A DNA stretch of 64,000 bases from Paraspadella gotoi. Its lineage: Eukaryota; Animalia; Chaetognatha. This document shows, piece after piece, positions 60,978-64,000 of this stretch (positions are counted from its first letter, which is position 1; every line of letters begins with the position of its first letter). The notes under the pieces are model-generated. The model made no database searches and was not told the DNA's origin. It was given only the letters and a program-made list of their open reading frames with translations. The position numbers were made by a program, and so were the translations under genes. The DNA is taken from contig CM119267.1 of assembly GCA_051294375.1 (NCBI GenBank), positions 12,967,081-13,031,080 of the forward strand, read 5' to 3'.

Positions 60978-63838
60978 ATGAGCGCCGCTTCATCTTGCCA
61001 CGACGCCTCCGCGATGCTTAGTCGCGTGGAAAAAATCCTGGTCTCATTAAGAGGGATCCTCGACGAAAGTCATCGGCTTTACGAAACCGACAACCAGTTG
61101 ACGAGCCACCCGAACGACGTGGAGACTGTGAATTCGACAAGGACGTTGCTCGATCGCGCGTCGACCAACGCGATTTCGGCGGTTGAAGACTGTGCGAACA
61201 AGTTGGCCGCCGCCTTTCTCGACTGTGACTCTGCGCTGGCAAGTTGGCGACGTAGACTCGAGACGCTCGATAAGGAGATTAAAGAAGACGTCTTCGCCGA
61301 AGACGACGCCGTGCTTCGACCGATCGAGGCCGCCGCCACTGAGACGGACCGCCGGAAGAGGCTCGATGCGATAGGGAGTCAATGGTCGGACCACTGGACG
61401 GTCGTAGCCATGCACTTTCCCACGGCTCTCGGTCTCTGCAACAAATTGAAAAACTCCCCAGTCACCGAAATCGCTCATCGGGCAGAGAGCATGGAACAGT
61501 TCGTCCATGGCCAAGAGGAAAACCGGCGAAGATGGAAGGCAACCCTATTGGCCAACTGCGTCATCATAACGCATCATCCGCGGCCGCTCGTCGTCAAAAA
61601 GAAAAAGGGAACCCTCAGGTTGGAATCCTTCAAACGGGACGGCGCTCTTGGAACGAAAATAGATAGTGGTGGCGTCTTTCTATTCGATGACGAAACCGAC
61701 GCCATGGTGGGCGGCGATGACGGTGATAGCGGCGACAAAGGCGGCGGCGAAAAGGATGTCTCGATGCCCAAAAAAGTGAACAAGGATGGGGAAAACACGG
61801 TTTCTGTCAACTTCAACGGACAAGACGATTTGCTACAACTTTGCGACGACGCGAGGACACAGGTTTATGAGAATCTCAAAACAACGTAGCAGAAAATGTT
61901 GATGTCTAAAATGAAGAATGATTTTTTCGCCAATGGTGAATGTTATTAGTGTTATTAGTTAGTTAGTTATTAGTGTTATTAGTCAGGGGGCAAAATGGCT
62001 TATTCATTAAATGAATGGATTATTTAATGTTGATTGTACCGATTTCATTAGCGGATTAAACCCGGATCCTCCATCAAACCTTGTGCTCGAATCGTTTCCT
62101 CTTTTCAGGTCAAAGGAGCCACTGTCAAACTCTATCGATTGGAATTCCGTTTCCGTGCCACCGACAACGATGCCGAAGCGGACGAAGAATTCTTTCACGA
62201 GGTCCGCTGCGTGTCTCGCCCTTTCGTTATCCTCACCAACACCTCCCAGTTTCCTGAAGGTTGGGGCGCAGTTTTCTGGCGTCGCTTCTTCGAGTCGAAG
62301 ACGGTCGCCGCCAAGTGGCCCGAGTTTTACGATTGTTTGTCGGAATTTTTCTTTCGACGCGTCGGTCGAGGGTTGAAATCCTCCGGGGAGGCCGACCTTT
62401 GGCAAGAGAAGAGGGTGCGGAAGACGTTGATGCAGGGTCTTCCGTCTCATTCTGACTCTATCGACTTTGAAACTCTCGTGGGAAACCTAAAGTTCGGGGT
62501 GCTGGACGAGTACAACGCCAAGCAAGGGGGATTTAGTCGGTGTGTACAAATTTTCGAAAGAAAGAATTGTTTGAACTGAGAAACCCTGTAATTTTTAACA
62601 GCAAAAATTTATTTCTTTTTTCGTTGGTTATTACTTTTCAAGCACAAGGATTACATTTTCCGGTTTTAGCAATCCCTTATCTCCGAATTAAGAAAAATAT
62701 TTATTATTATAGAATGAATAGTGTATGTGTTATAACATGAGTAAATTTACGAAGAGGAAATTTAACCTGGTTTTCCCCACAAAATGCAACTGTAAATATC
62801 GCGATTGACCGCAACAGGTGGAGGTACCTCTACTCTTTCATCGATCTGCTCCTAAAACCTTTCGGCGACGCCAAAGACGGCGACAACGCCCTCCTGCGAA
62901 TGTGGCGAGACGGCGTCTTGCTGGGTTTTGTGGAGACGGACGACTATTTCCGCCCATGGTGCCGCGGCCTCCGACCCAAACCCAACTGCTTGCTCAGGTT
63001 CAGCAACCGCCAGCCCTCGCGGTTCGTTTTTTCCTTTAAGGTTAAGGTCCTCGACAAGGGCACGAAGAAGATCGCCTGGTTCCACCACCAGTTCACCAAA
63101 AGAAATCTCAAGGAGCAGAAGATCTCTCCAGCCAAAAGGATCCTCCAAGAGACGGTGCTCAAAAGAAAAGGAGAGACCATGGACGGGATGGAGCTGACCG
63201 CGGATTTCGAGGGCCTTCTGGTGCGGCTCGGCGGCGATGGCTGGCCGACTCGCGCGTCGATGCTTCAGGACACGCTCGAGGAATACATGGAAGTGGCGGA
63301 GAAGGAGCCGAAGATCTCCGACGACGGTTACATCGCCGACGTGCCGGGGAATCGGAACATCTGGCCTTTGATCAAGGAAAATCTGGAAAGATTACGCGGG
63401 TTATCTTTGGAGGAGGAGGAAGAGGTGGTGGAGGAAGGGATAATGGAAGGCGCGGTGGGGGTCGCGCAAGGACCCGTTTTCGGCATCACGACCGGCGTCG
63501 ATTCGTGCGTAATTTCGAGCGGCGTTACTCGTGATAATTTTGTCCTCAACTCAACTGAAAACCTTCGCAACATTTCTAGCATAATCTCCAGCGTTACTTC
63601 CGGCGGAGAGTCTGTACTTCTTTCCGAATCCGTCCCTGGCACTTCAACCGCTTTAATTCCCGTGGATTCTGTTGTCACCTCCGAAGGCTCCAACGATTTT
63701 ATTTCCGGCAATGTCGACACTTCTGAAGATAACGGCGGACACGCCTCAGTGGGGCACTTGGCGCCGATTCAGCCGACCCCACCGATCCCACCAACCACGC
63801 TTTATGACGTCCTTCCTCCAAATGTAGGAGAAAAATAA
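60978..63838 (+). CDS. STAT: Divergent STAT-family transcription factor; 3 exons, ~778 aa
   Basis: Exons 60978-61862, 62109-62539, 62818-63838. Helical coiled-coil-like start; DBD motifs HPRPLVVK and SRPFVILTNTSQFPEGWGAVFW (cf. STAT SLPVVVISNVSQLPxAWASILW); linker/SH2 WRYLYSFIDLL..MWRDGVLLGFV..CLLRFSNR; post-SH2 tyrosine DGYIA (TAC 63329-63331; cf. STAT5 DGYVK). Confidence 0.85.
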
Positions 63839-64000
63839 ATTTTAATTTTATCAGTAGCTATCAGTAGCCTATATGTACGTCGTACGACGTACGTAAAATA
63901 AAGCGTCAATATGTTTTAATTTTGCGTCATGAGCATGAAGATGTATTTTTTGTTTTAGTTTTTTTAGTTGTAATTATATGTAATTAAATAAAATACATTG

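Overview
AT-rich, microsatellite-rich animal nuclear DNA (intron-containing genes; the ATG/GTG/TTG ORF track is mostly noise). By splicing manually I recover (1) a Tbx6/16-type T-box gene on the minus strand spanning 51891->3990 (9-10 coding exons, ~582-597 aa, one GC-AG intron), (2) an IRF1/2-type interferon regulatory factor gene (38479-41398, +) nested antisense in the 24-kb T-box intron, (3) a flavin-containing monooxygenase pseudogene (~56430-60310, +) whose first intron holds a cox1 NUMT read in the invertebrate mitochondrial code, and (4) a divergent 3-exon STAT-like gene with no recognisable N-terminal domain (60978-63838, +). The repeats include decayed Penelope-like (GIY-YIG) elements with about 11 minimal hammerhead ribozyme cores, hAT MITEs with 8-bp TSDs, a TTAA-flanked element, a Tc1 remnant and a 258-bp SINE-like family. 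The most unusual feature is a set of 182-240 bp elements with integrase-type signatures (exact 4-bp TSDs, TG/TA..CA/TA ends) that carry an internal tRNA-derived Pol III promoter and a structured RNA body: candidate solo LTRs of a tRNA-driven analogue of Cassandra TRIMs. All family assignments come from motif recognition by eye; no database searches or folding computations were run.
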